From NCBI GenBank assembly GCA_904502185.1, contig CAJGDX010000001.1:1-60796 (forward strand): a DNA stretch of 60,796 bases, read 5' to 3'. The position numbers and the translations under genes are program-made. Shown in pieces: positions 27,244 through 36,974 of this stretch. Each line of letters begins with the position of its first letter. Position 1 is the first letter of the stretch. Source of the stretch: an uncultured Bacteroidaceae bacterium. GTDB taxonomy: Bacteria; Bacteroidota; Bacteroidia; Bacteroidales; Bacteroidaceae. Below the pieces are notes generated by a model. It made no database searches, had not been told where the DNA came from, and saw only the letters and a program-made list of their open reading frames with translations.

Positions 27244-28379
27244 TAGTATTTTCTGATTCTGATTTTCAATCCGTTATCTATGGGAGTGTCGCTTATAAGC
27301 ACCAGGTAGCCGCCACCGCCTGCTCCTGTTATTTTGTAGCCTTTTACTTTGTCTTTGTAGAGGTCGATGGTGTCGAGAACCTCTTGAGGTGCCATATTGG
27401 GGAACATTGCTATCTGCGCCCGGAACGACTCGACCGACGCCTTTCCCCATGCGTCGACGTCACATGCAAGCAGAGCCTGCCAGCAGCTGTCGGTAGCCGC
27501 CGCAAGGCGCATGGCACCCTGTTCGGTGATGTTGGTATTTTCGAGTACATTATAGCTGCTCATACGGGGCGACAGAGGTATCAGCCACAGGTTGTTCTCT
27601 ATGAATTCGAGCACCTTGGCATCAAGCACGCTCTCTATGTTTACAGGCCAGTAGTCATTGTCGTAGTCGAGACGATTGAGTCCGGGCATTACAATGCCCA
27701 GCGCATCCTGCGAACCGCTGATATATGCGCTGCCGGGAGGATTCTCGTAACGGAAGACCATCTTGGCAAGCGTTTCGCGGTCGCCCTCGGGAATGTCGAC
27801 GTGCCACATTTCGATGGCTGCGCGGCGCGAAGAGGTACTCATTCCGCTGCGGTTATTGAATTCGTAGTCGGGTTCTATGCAGATGGTTATTACCGCACCG
27901 GGACAGAAACGGTTCACACTCAACTGGTCGTGCCATCCACCGGCAAGGTCTATGCGATAGGGGATGTTACACTCCTGACGAAGAGCAGTAGTGGAACGGC
28001 GCGGAAGGCCCGCCGCCGGTTCGCGCTGGCTCACAATGAGTTCTATGGAGTTTTCTTCGCAGAAACGGCGCTTTTCGGGAGTGTAGCCGTCGCTGTTGAC
28101 AAAGAAAATGTCGGGTTTCAGACGCTTCACATCATCGGCAAAGTCCATAATGCCGCTGCCTGAATTGACAAAGGCATCCTTGACGTAGCGTATCGCCTTG
28201 ACCATGTAAAGGCGTTCGCGTTCGGTGTTGATGGTTTTTCGGTTTTTCAGGTCGCGGATGGTTCTGTCGGAACCTATGCCCACATAAAGGTCGCCATGTG
28301 TGGATGCCTCTTCGAAGAAGGCAACATGTCCCGAGTGGAGCATGTCGTAGCACCCCGAAACAAAAACTTTTTTAGCCAT
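27243..28379 (-). CDS. Bifunctional cytidylyltransferase-fold nucleotidyltransferase :: GHMP-kinase-like protein
   Basis: 378 aa. N-terminus has KVFVSGCYDMLHSGHVAFF (HxGH) and PRRSTTALR (ISTT-like motif). C-terminus has SGMSTSSRRA (GHMP motif II-like) and KITGAGGGGYLVL (motif III). Its stop overlaps the next ATG by 1 nt. Confidence 0.7.
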   Translation of the reverse strand: MAKKVFVSGCYDMLHSGHVAFFEEASTHGDLYVGIGSDRTIRDLKNRKTINTERERLYMVKAIRYVKDAFVNSGSGIMDFADDVKRLKPDIFFVNSDGYTPEKRRFCEENSIELIVSQREPAAGLPRRSTTALRQECNIPYRIDLAGGWHDQLSVNRFCPGAVITICIEPDYEFNNRSGMSTSSRRAAIEMWHVDIPEGDRETLAKMVFRYENPPGSAYISGSQDALGIVMPGLNRLDYDNDYWPVNIESVLDAKVLEFIENNLWLIPLSPRMSSYNVLENTNITEQGAMRLAAATDSCWQALLACDVDAWGKASVESFRAQIAMFPNMAPQEVLDTIDLYKDKVKGYKITGAGGGGYLVLISDTPIDNGLKIRIRKY

Positions 28380-28393
28380 ATAAATATCAGAAA

Positions 28394-29908
28394 CTATTTA
28401 CAATTTTGTGTATAGGTGGCTTTCTGAGCCTCGCCGCTTAGAACTTCGGCTGCATCGGCAGGAGCGAATTTTACAGGCTCCACCATAAATTCGGGGCGGT
28501 TGTATGACTTTCCAAACTGGTTGTAATAGTCGGGGAAACTCTGAGGCAGCAGGAAGGCCTTGGATGTACGGCCACTGTTTTCAACATGCGCCAGATATAC
28601 ACGGGTGTAGTTTGTATCGTCGCGACGGCTGGAGAACATTATCCATTTGCCATTGCTGCTCCACGAGGGGTAGCTCTCGGCATCGTTGGAGTTGGTATTT
28701 TCGAGTTTGTTCAATTTTCCGGTCTGAAGGTCGAGCATGCAGATATCCGCATCGCTGTGCCATACGTGGAAACAGCCGTATTCACCCATTGCAAAAAGAA
28801 CGTAACGTCCATCGGGTGATACGCGCGGAAGCGTGATGCTCTTGCCGAACGATGCAGCATTGACAAGCGTGTCGGGCTCGCTGAATTCGTATGTATCGGG
28901 ATTCCATCGTGCGCGCAGAAGGTTGTATTTAATATCCTTATAACGAAGGATTTCCTCTTTGGTGATGGTGTTCACAGAGTCCTTTATTTCGAAATGCGCC
29001 GAACAGAAGTAGAGAGTGCGGCCATCGGGCGACCATGTGGGGAAGACCTCAAGGTCGTTTTTCCCGTTGAAGATGTGAGAAACGGTGTTCTTCGCGGGAT
29101 TGTAGAGGATAAGGTCGCTCTCTGTGTCCTGCACCTCGACCTTGTCGGGGTGTACTGTGTGGAACACCTGTCCGGTCTTGTTCACCGAGTAGGCAACCAC
29201 GTCGTAGATGGGATTGAAGGCAGGATAAACGCCGGCAGAGATTGTTGAGTCGGTCTTCAGGTCAATCTTACGCATTTCGCCATTATGCACAAACACCGTT
29301 CCACCAAGATGCTGACGTGCATGAAACTGCATGTTGTCAGTCTTGAAGTTCTTGTAGGAGTGGCAGTTGATGCACTGTCCACTCTGGTCGTTGCTCAACA
29401 TCATATTGCTGTAGATAACCTTCTCGTCGTAAGAGGTAAGGTCGCGCTGAACAATATCGAGCTTTTCGTATGCCACATACGAAGGGGGTATCAGACGATA
29501 GGAGAGGTAGGGGTCGATGGGGTCTGATGACACGGTTATTCCAAAGGCCTTGTTACCATACCATTTACCATCCTGCTGATAGAATGTTTCTACCTGCAAG
29601 CGTCCCGTAGTTTTGAAAGTGGAGAGCAGGTCGCGCCAATCGTCGAGGTCGGGAGTAACATTCTTGCCCGACAGCAGCAGCTCCTTGCCGTTGGCGCTGA
29701 AGCGTGTAACCACCTCATCAGCCTTAGGTTCAATAATTTCGAAGGTCAGGGGAGCAATGTTGCATGGGATTGTGACCTCTTTGTAATCGGGGTATATCTT
29801 GGGAGATTTACCGGATGCTGTCGGCGAAGTGGGAACTGATGGCGTGCATGAGGCAACCATCAATATTGCAGTCAAAGCTGCAAACAGGGAATATATGCGT
29901 ATTTTCAT
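28394..29908 (-). CDS. PD40/TolB-like beta-propeller lipoprotein carrying a single CxxCH haem-binding motif
   Basis: 504 aa. Lipobox MVASC. CINCH lies at residues 179-183 (nt 29360-29374). PD40-type repeats are WSPDGRTLYF, VSPDGRYVLFA and WSSNGKWIMFSS. Confidence 0.65.
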   Translation of the reverse strand: MKIRIYSLFAALTAILMVASCTPSVPTSPTASGKSPKIYPDYKEVTIPCNIAPLTFEIIEPKADEVVTRFSANGKELLLSGKNVTPDLDDWRDLLSTFKTTGRLQVETFYQQDGKWYGNKAFGITVSSDPIDPYLSYRLIPPSYVAYEKLDIVQRDLTSYDEKVIYSNMMLSNDQSGQCINCHSYKNFKTDNMQFHARQHLGGTVFVHNGEMRKIDLKTDSTISAGVYPAFNPIYDVVAYSVNKTGQVFHTVHPDKVEVQDTESDLILYNPAKNTVSHIFNGKNDLEVFPTWSPDGRTLYFCSAHFEIKDSVNTITKEEILRYKDIKYNLLRARWNPDTYEFSEPDTLVNAASFGKSITLPRVSPDGRYVLFAMGEYGCFHVWHSDADICMLDLQTGKLNKLENTNSNDAESYPSWSSNGKWIMFSSRRDDTNYTRVYLAHVENSGRTSKAFLLPQSFPDYYNQFGKSYNRPEFMVEPVKFAPADAAEVLSGEAQKATYTQNCK

Positions 29909-29926
29909 AATCGTTCGATAGATGGG

Positions 29927-31825
29927 TTAGTTGGTTCGTATGTCGCGTACAAAGAAGTAGAAGTACCAATATGTGTCGCCAAATTCATCCTTGAAATATG
30001 GCGCCATCTGATCCTCTGACATGCCTTTGTACTTTGCACTCAATTGGCCGAATTTTCTGAAACGCTCGGTCACACGATTATCGAGTTTGAACTTGGAAAT
30101 ATCGGCGCGGCGGTCAAGGTTAGCATACAACAGCAGTGCCTCCTGATAGTGAGTAGGTATGCGCAGCTGAGCATGGTTACCGAGATATGCAACCATCGTG
30201 TTCCAGTAGAGCTGAATATCCTTGCGGATGAGTGCGAACATCAACGATGCTTCGGTACAGAGAGGCGAAGGATTGACGTAGAGGTTGGACACCATCACAT
30301 TCATCAGATAGGCCTCGACAAACGATTCGTCGACGTCGAGAGTATTCTTGTAGCAATAGAGTTGACGAGGTATTGTTATATCAGTAGCCTTTTCGACAAG
30401 CAACGGGTTTTCAATCATCTTCTCGTAACGCTCAGCCCACGACCTGTGGAAGATTGTGTGTTTGAGCATATCTGTATAGCGGTGAGCCAATTTGTATTGT
30501 CCCGAGGCTATCAACGAACGCACGGCATGTTTGATGTATTCTATTCTCCAGCCAAACTCCACTGCATCCTCCACACACCAGCGGTAGCAGAAGCTGAATC
30601 GGCCATACTGATAATACATCATCTTGCCACCTGTCTGCGACAAACGGACATTAATGCCTGACTTCATGGTAGACGAGCCATCGGGGAAGCGGAACATCTC
30701 CTCGCCTGCACGTCCCGAACGCAGCAGTCCTATATTCTTGTTTATCACAACAAGACGGGTAGGCTCGCAGCTCACTCTTCCGAGGTCGGCCACGCGGTTC
30801 CAGTCCTCTTCCCACATTGCCTTATTCTGCGCCAGTTCGGCACGGTAGTTCTCGTCAGTGAACCACGAGAGCCACAACACACAGGGCAATGCCACTATCA
30901 AGGAAATCTGTATGTGTGAGTAGTATTTTTTCACCTTTTCACCCTCTTTCATCTTGTCCGAGAGCATTGTAGCGACAAGGAGGAAAAGGAACAGAAGCGC
31001 AAAGGGCAGCCACATTGCCCACACATGAATCGCAAAATTGGCATCGCCGAACAATGACCACTGGTAGGCATGAGTTCCTGCACCGTACATCAGCGGGAAA
31101 GCCACAGAGGTGTAGAAGTTGTAGTAATAGAGAGCAGGCACAGCACCCACAAGTGCCAACGACAAGATAGGCAACAATATGCGTGAGAGAGCCTTCTCGT
31201 CAGTCGCAATGGAATATGCGCCCATCAGGATGGCACCTGCAAGAGCATATACACCGATAAGGGGATAACCTGCAATTGTCCACACAGCGACAAACAGATA
31301 TTTTGCCCATCGGGGGAGTCTCTTGTATGCAAGCATAGCCAAAAGAATGGCCATTACACCCAACAGAGCCACATAGAAATAGCCCGACAGTTTGCTGTAG
31401 AATATCCAGTAGCCCATATAGACGTTGGTCCACAGCAACAGCACAACCGGCACAAGAGCCAGCAGTGACCAGCGCTGAGGAATTGCAAACACTTTGCGCA
31501 CAAGCAGATATGCAACGTACATCAGCGCCATGTATATCGTTATACCCAATGCCGGATAGTAGAAGAACTGCATCAGGAATGTTGCCACATACGACAAGAA
31601 TCCTGCCGGAGCAGTCATCATTTCATCGAAGTACATTTCAGTGCAGAGGAATGTCGAGAGTTCCTGGATTCGCTGCAGCTGAACATTTTCGAAAAGCACG
31701 AACATCAGCCACACTACTGCAAAGAACAGCAGAACCGACTTATTCAGGAAACCTTCGGTAATGGAGAAACGCTTGGCACTCTTTTCCTTAGGCACATTTA
31801 CATTTGTCTTTTTATTGTTTTTCAT
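29927..31825 (-). CDS. Polytopic inner-membrane protein with a large C-terminal helical domain (DUF6057-like; GT-C-like architecture)
   Basis: 632 aa. About 10 hydrophobic spans. The first extracytoplasmic loop has an acidic pair (EMYFDEMM). The soluble C-terminus is about 300 aa. The family name is recalled, not verified. Confidence 0.55.
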   Translation of the reverse strand: MKNNKKTNVNVPKEKSAKRFSITEGFLNKSVLLFFAVVWLMFVLFENVQLQRIQELSTFLCTEMYFDEMMTAPAGFLSYVATFLMQFFYYPALGITIYMALMYVAYLLVRKVFAIPQRWSLLALVPVVLLLWTNVYMGYWIFYSKLSGYFYVALLGVMAILLAMLAYKRLPRWAKYLFVAVWTIAGYPLIGVYALAGAILMGAYSIATDEKALSRILLPILSLALVGAVPALYYYNFYTSVAFPLMYGAGTHAYQWSLFGDANFAIHVWAMWLPFALLFLFLLVATMLSDKMKEGEKVKKYYSHIQISLIVALPCVLWLSWFTDENYRAELAQNKAMWEEDWNRVADLGRVSCEPTRLVVINKNIGLLRSGRAGEEMFRFPDGSSTMKSGINVRLSQTGGKMMYYQYGRFSFCYRWCVEDAVEFGWRIEYIKHAVRSLIASGQYKLAHRYTDMLKHTIFHRSWAERYEKMIENPLLVEKATDITIPRQLYCYKNTLDVDESFVEAYLMNVMVSNLYVNPSPLCTEASLMFALIRKDIQLYWNTMVAYLGNHAQLRIPTHYQEALLLYANLDRRADISKFKLDNRVTERFRKFGQLSAKYKGMSEDQMAPYFKDEFGDTYWYFYFFVRDIRTN

Positions 31826-31858
31826 ATGTTAAGTATCTTTCAAAACCATTCAACACGA

Positions 31859-32086
31859 TTATCGGCCCAATCGGTCCTGCATACGCTCTTTGTAGTTACG
31901 CGAACGGGCATCGACAGGCATCAGCACCCAGAGAATCAGGTAAGCGACAGCCATTGCCGAAAATGTAACGAAAAATAAAATCACAAATATCAGACGCAAC
32001 AATTTGACATCAATACGAAAATTTTCAGCCAATCCGGCGCAGACACCTGCTATCACTTTATTGTTTGAACGAATAAGTCTTGCCAT
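31859..32086 (-). CDS. PspC-domain membrane protein
   Basis: 75 aa. KVIAGVCAGLAENFRIDVKLLRLIFVILFF followed by a TM helix. Confidence 0.75.
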   Translation of the reverse strand: MARLIRSNNKVIAGVCAGLAENFRIDVKLLRLIFVILFFVTFSAMAVAYLILWVLMPVDARSRNYKERMQDRLGR

Positions 32087-32250
32087 AGTTTTATTTGTTT
32101 GGTTTTATATTATACAACAATTTGCCGAAATATGGAGGCAAAGAGCCAATTCCGGCAGACACTGAACGGCAAAATTGCAAAAAAAACGGTTATAGACAAA
32201 ATTTTTTCGTAAAACTTCATAAAAAAGAACTATTTTCGCTATAAATAATG

Positions 32251-32258
32251 TATTTTTG
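32251..32258 (+). promoter_or_regulatory. -7 box TATTTTTG upstream of the 32310 operon
   Basis: Matches TAnnTTTG, 51 nt upstream of the ATG. Confidence 0.4.
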
Positions 32259-32309
32259 TAGCCAGTTTAGGGAAAATACGTTTAGAAACAACAAAAACCG
32301 ACCATCTCA

Positions 32310-33209
32310 ATGGCACAGATAACCCACAAGGAATGTCCTCTATGCGGAAGCACAAAGATGCAACCACAGTTCTCCTGCACAGACCGGTTCGCCACCGGCG
32401 AGGAGTTCGCAATATACAGATGCGAAGAGTGCAGCTTTACCTTCACACAGAACATCCCCGACGAAAAGGAGATTGGCCGCTACTATGAATCGCCCACATA
32501 TATTTCGCACAGCGACACCGACAAAGGATTCATAAACCGTTGCTACCACATAGTCAGGGACATCATGCTGCGTCGCAAGGCCGAGCTTGTCAACTCATTG
32601 GTAGACAAAAGCAAGACACGACTGCTGGACTACGGAGCAGGTACAGGATATTTTGCACGCGCAATGCAGAAACAGGACTGGGAGGTGACAGCAATAGAAA
32701 AAAGCCCTCAGGCACGACAATACTCCAAAGAGAAATTTGGCTTTGAAATGTATCCGGTGGAGGCACTCGACAAATACGAAAAAGGATACTTTGATGTCGT
32801 GACCATGTGGCACGTAATGGAGCACATACAGGAGTTGAACGACTTTTGGGACAAGTTGCACCACATACTCGACGACGAAGGAATAGCAGTGATAGCACTG
32901 CCCAACAGCGCTTCGTACGATGCACAGTACTACCGCGAGAACTGGGCTGCATACGACGTACCTCGCCACCTGTGGCACTTTTCGCCCACCACAATCATGA
33001 AATTCGGACGCAAACACGGATTCATTCTTGAACGTCAGTACACCATGCCCTTCGATGGATTCTACATATCTATGCTGAGCGAACGCTACAAAGGTTCGTC
33101 ATTGGCAGCACTGCGCGGAGCATGGAACGGGCTTATAGGATGGCTGTCATCGTGGAGCAGAAAAAGTGCAAGCAGTTCAATTATTTACATATTCAGAAAA
33201 GCAAAATAA
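32310..33209 (+). CDS. Class I SAM-dependent methyltransferase with an N-terminal zinc ribbon
   Basis: 299 aa. CPLCGS...CEEC, then SAM motif I LLDYGAGTGYFARAM. Confidence 0.8.
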   Translation: MAQITHKECPLCGSTKMQPQFSCTDRFATGEEFAIYRCEECSFTFTQNIPDEKEIGRYYESPTYISHSDTDKGFINRCYHIVRDIMLRRKAELVNSLVDKSKTRLLDYGAGTGYFARAMQKQDWEVTAIEKSPQARQYSKEKFGFEMYPVEALDKYEKGYFDVVTMWHVMEHIQELNDFWDKLHHILDDEGIAVIALPNSASYDAQYYRENWAAYDVPRHLWHFSPTTIMKFGRKHGFILERQYTMPFDGFYISMLSERYKGSSLAALRGAWNGLIGWLSSWSRKSASSSIIYIFRKAK

Positions 33210-33218
33210 GAGAGGGAA

Positions 33219-34079
33219 ATGAGCAAACCCAAAATAAAAATACAGACACTCAGCGTGTACATCAGCACCACACTTGTTCTGCTGTTGCTGGGGGCGATGT
33301 GTGCATTGCTCTTGTCGGCAAACTCACTCTCGGAACACATTCGCCGCAACATGACAATGTCGGTAGTGGTCAGCGGCAAGATGAGCAAACAGGATATTTT
33401 GAAATTCCAGCAACGATTGGAAAAACTGCCTTGCGTCATCAGTAGCAAATATATTTCAAGCGAAAAGATTCTTGAAGAGCAGAAGATAGAACTGGGCACA
33501 GACCCTGTTGAATTCCTGGGCTACAACCCTTACGACCCCTCAATAGACCTGACACTGAAGAGCGACTACGCACGCCCTGACAGCATGGCACTGCTTGAGA
33601 AGCAGTTGCTCAAGGACGAGCGCGTCACACAGGTGGTATACCACCGTGAAATAATAGAGAGCGTTAACGACAATATCCGCAAGATTGCAGTAGCGTTGCT
33701 GGCTTTCATGGCTGTACTGACAATAATTTCGTGGTCACTCATTGGAAATGCAGTCAGACTATCGATCTACTCTAAGCGTTTCCTGCTGCACACCATGAAA
33801 CTTGTAGGTGCAACATGGGAATTCATTCGACGCCCGTTCATCATGCACAATCTGCGCATAGGATTGTTCTCAGGAATAGTTGCCGACATTTTGCTGGGAG
33901 GAGTATTTTATCTGCTGCTGCAGGAAGAGCCGGCAATGATAACCATACTGCCTCCGACAAGCCTTGTCATAATTGGTTCAGCGGTAATACTTTTCGGCAT
34001 ACTGATGACCGTAACATGCGCCTATTTGTCGGTGACCAGATTCCTGCGCATGCGAGGCAACGACCTTTATTTCCTGTAG
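33219..34079 (+). CDS. ftsX: Cell-division protein FtsX-like permease
   Basis: 286 aa. N-terminal TM helix, a periplasmic loop, and three C-terminal TM helices. It is in the conserved Bacteroidales context ftsX-DUF3098-uppP. Confidence 0.8.
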   Translation: MSKPKIKIQTLSVYISTTLVLLLLGAMCALLLSANSLSEHIRRNMTMSVVVSGKMSKQDILKFQQRLEKLPCVISSKYISSEKILEEQKIELGTDPVEFLGYNPYDPSIDLTLKSDYARPDSMALLEKQLLKDERVTQVVYHREIIESVNDNIRKIAVALLAFMAVLTIISWSLIGNAVRLSIYSKRFLLHTMKLVGATWEFIRRPFIMHNLRIGLFSGIVADILLGGVFYLLLQEEPAMITILPPTSLVIIGSAVILFGILMTVTCAYLSVTRFLRMRGNDLYFL

Positions 34080-34112
34080 AACCCAATACACCGAACAATA
34101 AAAACATCAAAT

Positions 34113-34340
34113 ATGAACAAAGAAAAATTCGCATTCGACAAAGTCAACTACATGCTGCTTGCAGCAGGCTTTGCGATAATCGTCATCGGTTTTCTGCTGA
34201 TGACAGGCCCCGGCTCCACAGAAACAACATTCGAGCCGGACATATTCAGTTTCCGTCGCATAAAACTGGCACCCACAATCTGCTTCGCAGGGTTCCTGTT
34301 CATCATCTATGCAATAATGCGTAAGCCCAAGAAATCATGA
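34113..34340 (+). CDS. Small two-TM membrane protein (DUF3098-like)
   Basis: 75 aa with two hydrophobic helices. ATGA overlap with uppP. Confidence 0.6.
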   Translation: MNKEKFAFDKVNYMLLAAGFAIIVIGFLLMTGPGSTETTFEPDIFSFRRIKLAPTICFAGFLFIIYAIMRKPKKS

Positions 34341-35182
34341 ACATATTCGAAACAATCATCATAGCGATAGTAGAGGGACTTACTGAGTTTCTTCCAGTTT
34401 CCTCTACCGGTCACATGATAATAACGCAGAATTTGCTGGGCATAGAGAGTACTGAATTTGTAAAGGCCTTCACCTTCATCATACAGTTCGGCGCCATCCT
34501 CTCGGTGGTGGTACTCTACTGGAAACGTTTTTTCCAGTTCAACCGTACCCCTGCGCCCGAAGGTGCCTCTGCACTGAAACGTCTGCTGCACAAATATGAT
34601 TTCTACTGGAAACTGCTCGTTGCATTCATACCCGCAGCAGTATTGGGACTGTTGTTCAGCGACATGATAGATGCCATGCTGGAGAGCGTAACCGTGGTAG
34701 CAATCACACTTATACTCGGCGGTATCTTCATGCTTTTCTGCGACAAGATATTCAACAAAGGAAGCGATGACACACAGCTCACCGAGAAACGAGCATTCTG
34801 GATAGGTATGTTCCAGTGCATCTCCATGATACCCGGAGTATCGCGTTCGATGGCTACCATCGTCGGAGGTATGGCACAGAAGCTCACACGCAAGGCAGCC
34901 GCGGAGTTCTCATTCTTCCTGGCTGTCCCAACCATGTTCGCAGCCACACTGTACAAAATGTACAAGATTCTAAAGACCGGAGGCACCGAAATGATAATGG
35001 ACAACATGACTACGCTTATCGTAGGTAATCTTGTCGCATTCATTGTGGCAATGCTCGCTATAAAATTCTTTATAAGCTTTGTGAGCAAATATGGCTTTAA
35101 GGCATTCGGCTGGTACAGAATAATCGTAGGAGGCATAATTCTCATCATGCTGCTTACCGGACACAACCTGACAATAGTATAA
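34337..35182 (+). CDS. uppP: Undecaprenyl-diphosphate phosphatase
   Basis: 281 aa. Signature [17 protein letters not shown] and [12 protein letters not shown]. Confidence 0.93.
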   Translation: MNIFETIIIAIVEGLTEFLPVSSTGHMIITQNLLGIESTEFVKAFTFIIQFGAILSVVVLYWKRFFQFNRTPAPEGASALKRLLHKYDFYWKLLVAFIPAAVLGLLFSDMIDAMLESVTVVAITLILGGIFMLFCDKIFNKGSDDTQLTEKRAFWIGMFQCISMIPGVSRSMATIVGGMAQKLTRKAAAEFSFFLAVPTMFAATLYKMYKILKTGGTEMIMDNMTTLIVGNLVAFIVAMLAIKFFISFVSKYGFKAFGWYRIIVGGIILIMLLTGHNLTIV

Positions 35183-35184
35183 CA

Positions 35185-35889
35185 ATGGACTTCAAAGAAG
35201 GAGAAATATTAGCCCTGTTCAAGCCCTACACATGGACATCGTTCCATCTGGTGAACAAGGTGCGCTACCATCTGTCGAAACGCTATAAAATAAAGCGTTT
35301 CAAGGTGGGACACGCCGGCACACTCGACCCATTGGCTACCGGTGTGCTTATCATCTGCACAGGCAAGGCAACCAAACGCATCGAGGAACTTCAACACCAT
35401 ACAAAAGAGTATGAAGCCGACCTGATGCTGGGAGCTACCACAGCCTCATACGACAAAGAGCACCCGGTGAATGCCACATTCCCCTACGAACACATAACAG
35501 AGGAGTTGTTCAAGGAGACACTGAAACAGTTCATCGGCACAATAGACCAACGTCCACCACTCTACTCGGCATGCAAGGTAGATGGCGAGCGCGCATACAA
35601 TCTGGCAAGGCAGGGCAGCGACATGCAGCTTGCACCCAAACAGATAACCATAGACGAGATTGAGCTGCTGGCATTCAACCCGCCACAGGCAACAATCCGC
35701 GTGGTATGCGGCAAAGGCACATACATACGTTCGTTGGCAAGGGACATTGGCGAAGCACTCGGCAGCGGCGCCTATCTGACACGGCTCACACGAACCCGCG
35801 TGGGAGAACACAGAATAGAAGAGTGCATCCACCCCGATGACTTTGCCGAATGGTTGGACAAACACATAACCCCGAATATAAACCCCTAA
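35185..35889 (+). CDS. truB: tRNA pseudouridine(55) synthase
   Basis: 234 aa. KVGHAGTLDPLATGVLIICTGKATK. Confidence 0.93.
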   Translation: MDFKEGEILALFKPYTWTSFHLVNKVRYHLSKRYKIKRFKVGHAGTLDPLATGVLIICTGKATKRIEELQHHTKEYEADLMLGATTASYDKEHPVNATFPYEHITEELFKETLKQFIGTIDQRPPLYSACKVDGERAYNLARQGSDMQLAPKQITIDEIELLAFNPPQATIRVVCGKGTYIRSLARDIGEALGSGAYLTRLTRTRVGEHRIEECIHPDDFAEWLDKHITPNINP

Positions 35890-35911
35890 AATATAGAGAA
35901 AAGTGACAGAC

Positions 35912-36970
35912 ATGAAGCTTTCCCAGTTCAAGTTCAGGCTCCCGACAGACCGCATAGCCCTCTATCCTGCGTCTTGTCGCGACGAATCGCGCCTGATGGT
36001 AGTCCATCGCAAAAGCGGCGAGATTGAGCACTGTACATTCAAAGACGTGATAAACTACTTCGACGAGAAAGACCTCTTCGTCCTGAACGACAGCAAGGTC
36101 TTCCCCGCACGTCTTTACGGAAACAAAGAAAAAACAAATGCCAAGATTGAGGTATTCCTGCTGCGCGAGCTCAACGAAGAGTTCCGTCTGTGGGACGTAC
36201 TTGTAGAACCTGCCCGTAAGATACGCATCGGCAACAAGCTCTACTTTGGCGAGGACAACTCAATGGTTGCCGAAGTTATCGACAACACCACCTCACGCGG
36301 AAGAACACTGCGATTCCTCTACGACGGTCCCCACGACGAATTCAAGAAAGCCCTCTTCTCACTGGGTGTAGCCCCACTGCCCGAGGACTTCAAGCAGTTG
36401 CGTAAAGAGGAGCCCGAGGACCTTGAAAACTTCCAGACCTATTTCGCAAAGAAAGAGGGTTCAGTGACTGCGCCCGTATCGAGCCTGCACTTTACCCGTG
36501 AGCTGATGAAGCGCATGGAAATCAAGGGCATAGACACCGCATACGTAACAATGCACATCGGTCTTGGCTGCTTCCGCGAAATTGATGTCGAGGACCTTAC
36601 CAAGCACAAGATGGCAAGCGACCTTATTAACGTCGACAGCGAAGCAGTTGCACTTATCAACAAGGCAAAGGCAGAAGGTCGCAGAATCTGCGCAGTAGGT
36701 ACATCGGTACAGCGCGTACTCGAAACAGCCACCCTCACAGGAGGCATGTTGAAAGAGTATGACGGTTGGACCAGCAAGTTCATCTTCCCCGAATACAATT
36801 TCCAGGTAGCCAACTGCATGATTGCCAACTTCTACAACCCCTACTCGACCATGCTTATGCTAACAAGCGCCTTTGGCGGATACGAGCTTATCATGAACGC
36901 ATATGACGAGGCACTGAAGAGCGGCTACCGTTTCGGTATCTACGGCGACGCAATGCTCATAATAGACTAA
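35912..36970 (+). CDS. queA: S-adenosylmethionine:tRNA ribosyltransferase-isomerase
   Basis: The ORF-track frame starts at 35903. The family-typical start is MKLSQFKFRLPTDRIALYPA...RDESRLMV at 35912. Confidence 0.92.
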   Translation: MKLSQFKFRLPTDRIALYPASCRDESRLMVVHRKSGEIEHCTFKDVINYFDEKDLFVLNDSKVFPARLYGNKEKTNAKIEVFLLRELNEEFRLWDVLVEPARKIRIGNKLYFGEDNSMVAEVIDNTTSRGRTLRFLYDGPHDEFKKALFSLGVAPLPEDFKQLRKEEPEDLENFQTYFAKKEGSVTAPVSSLHFTRELMKRMEIKGIDTAYVTMHIGLGCFREIDVEDLTKHKMASDLINVDSEAVALINKAKAEGRRICAVGTSVQRVLETATLTGGMLKEYDGWTSKFIFPEYNFQVANCMIANFYNPYSTMLMLTSAFGGYELIMNAYDEALKSGYRFGIYGDAMLIID

Positions 36971-36974
36971 ACAG

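Noticed and set aside
27135-28163. 342-aa plus-strand ORF opposite the cytidylyltransferase::GHMP-kinase gene
   Set aside because: It is a shadow ORF. The minus-strand frame has the HxGH and GAGGGG motifs and fits the tightly coupled operon.
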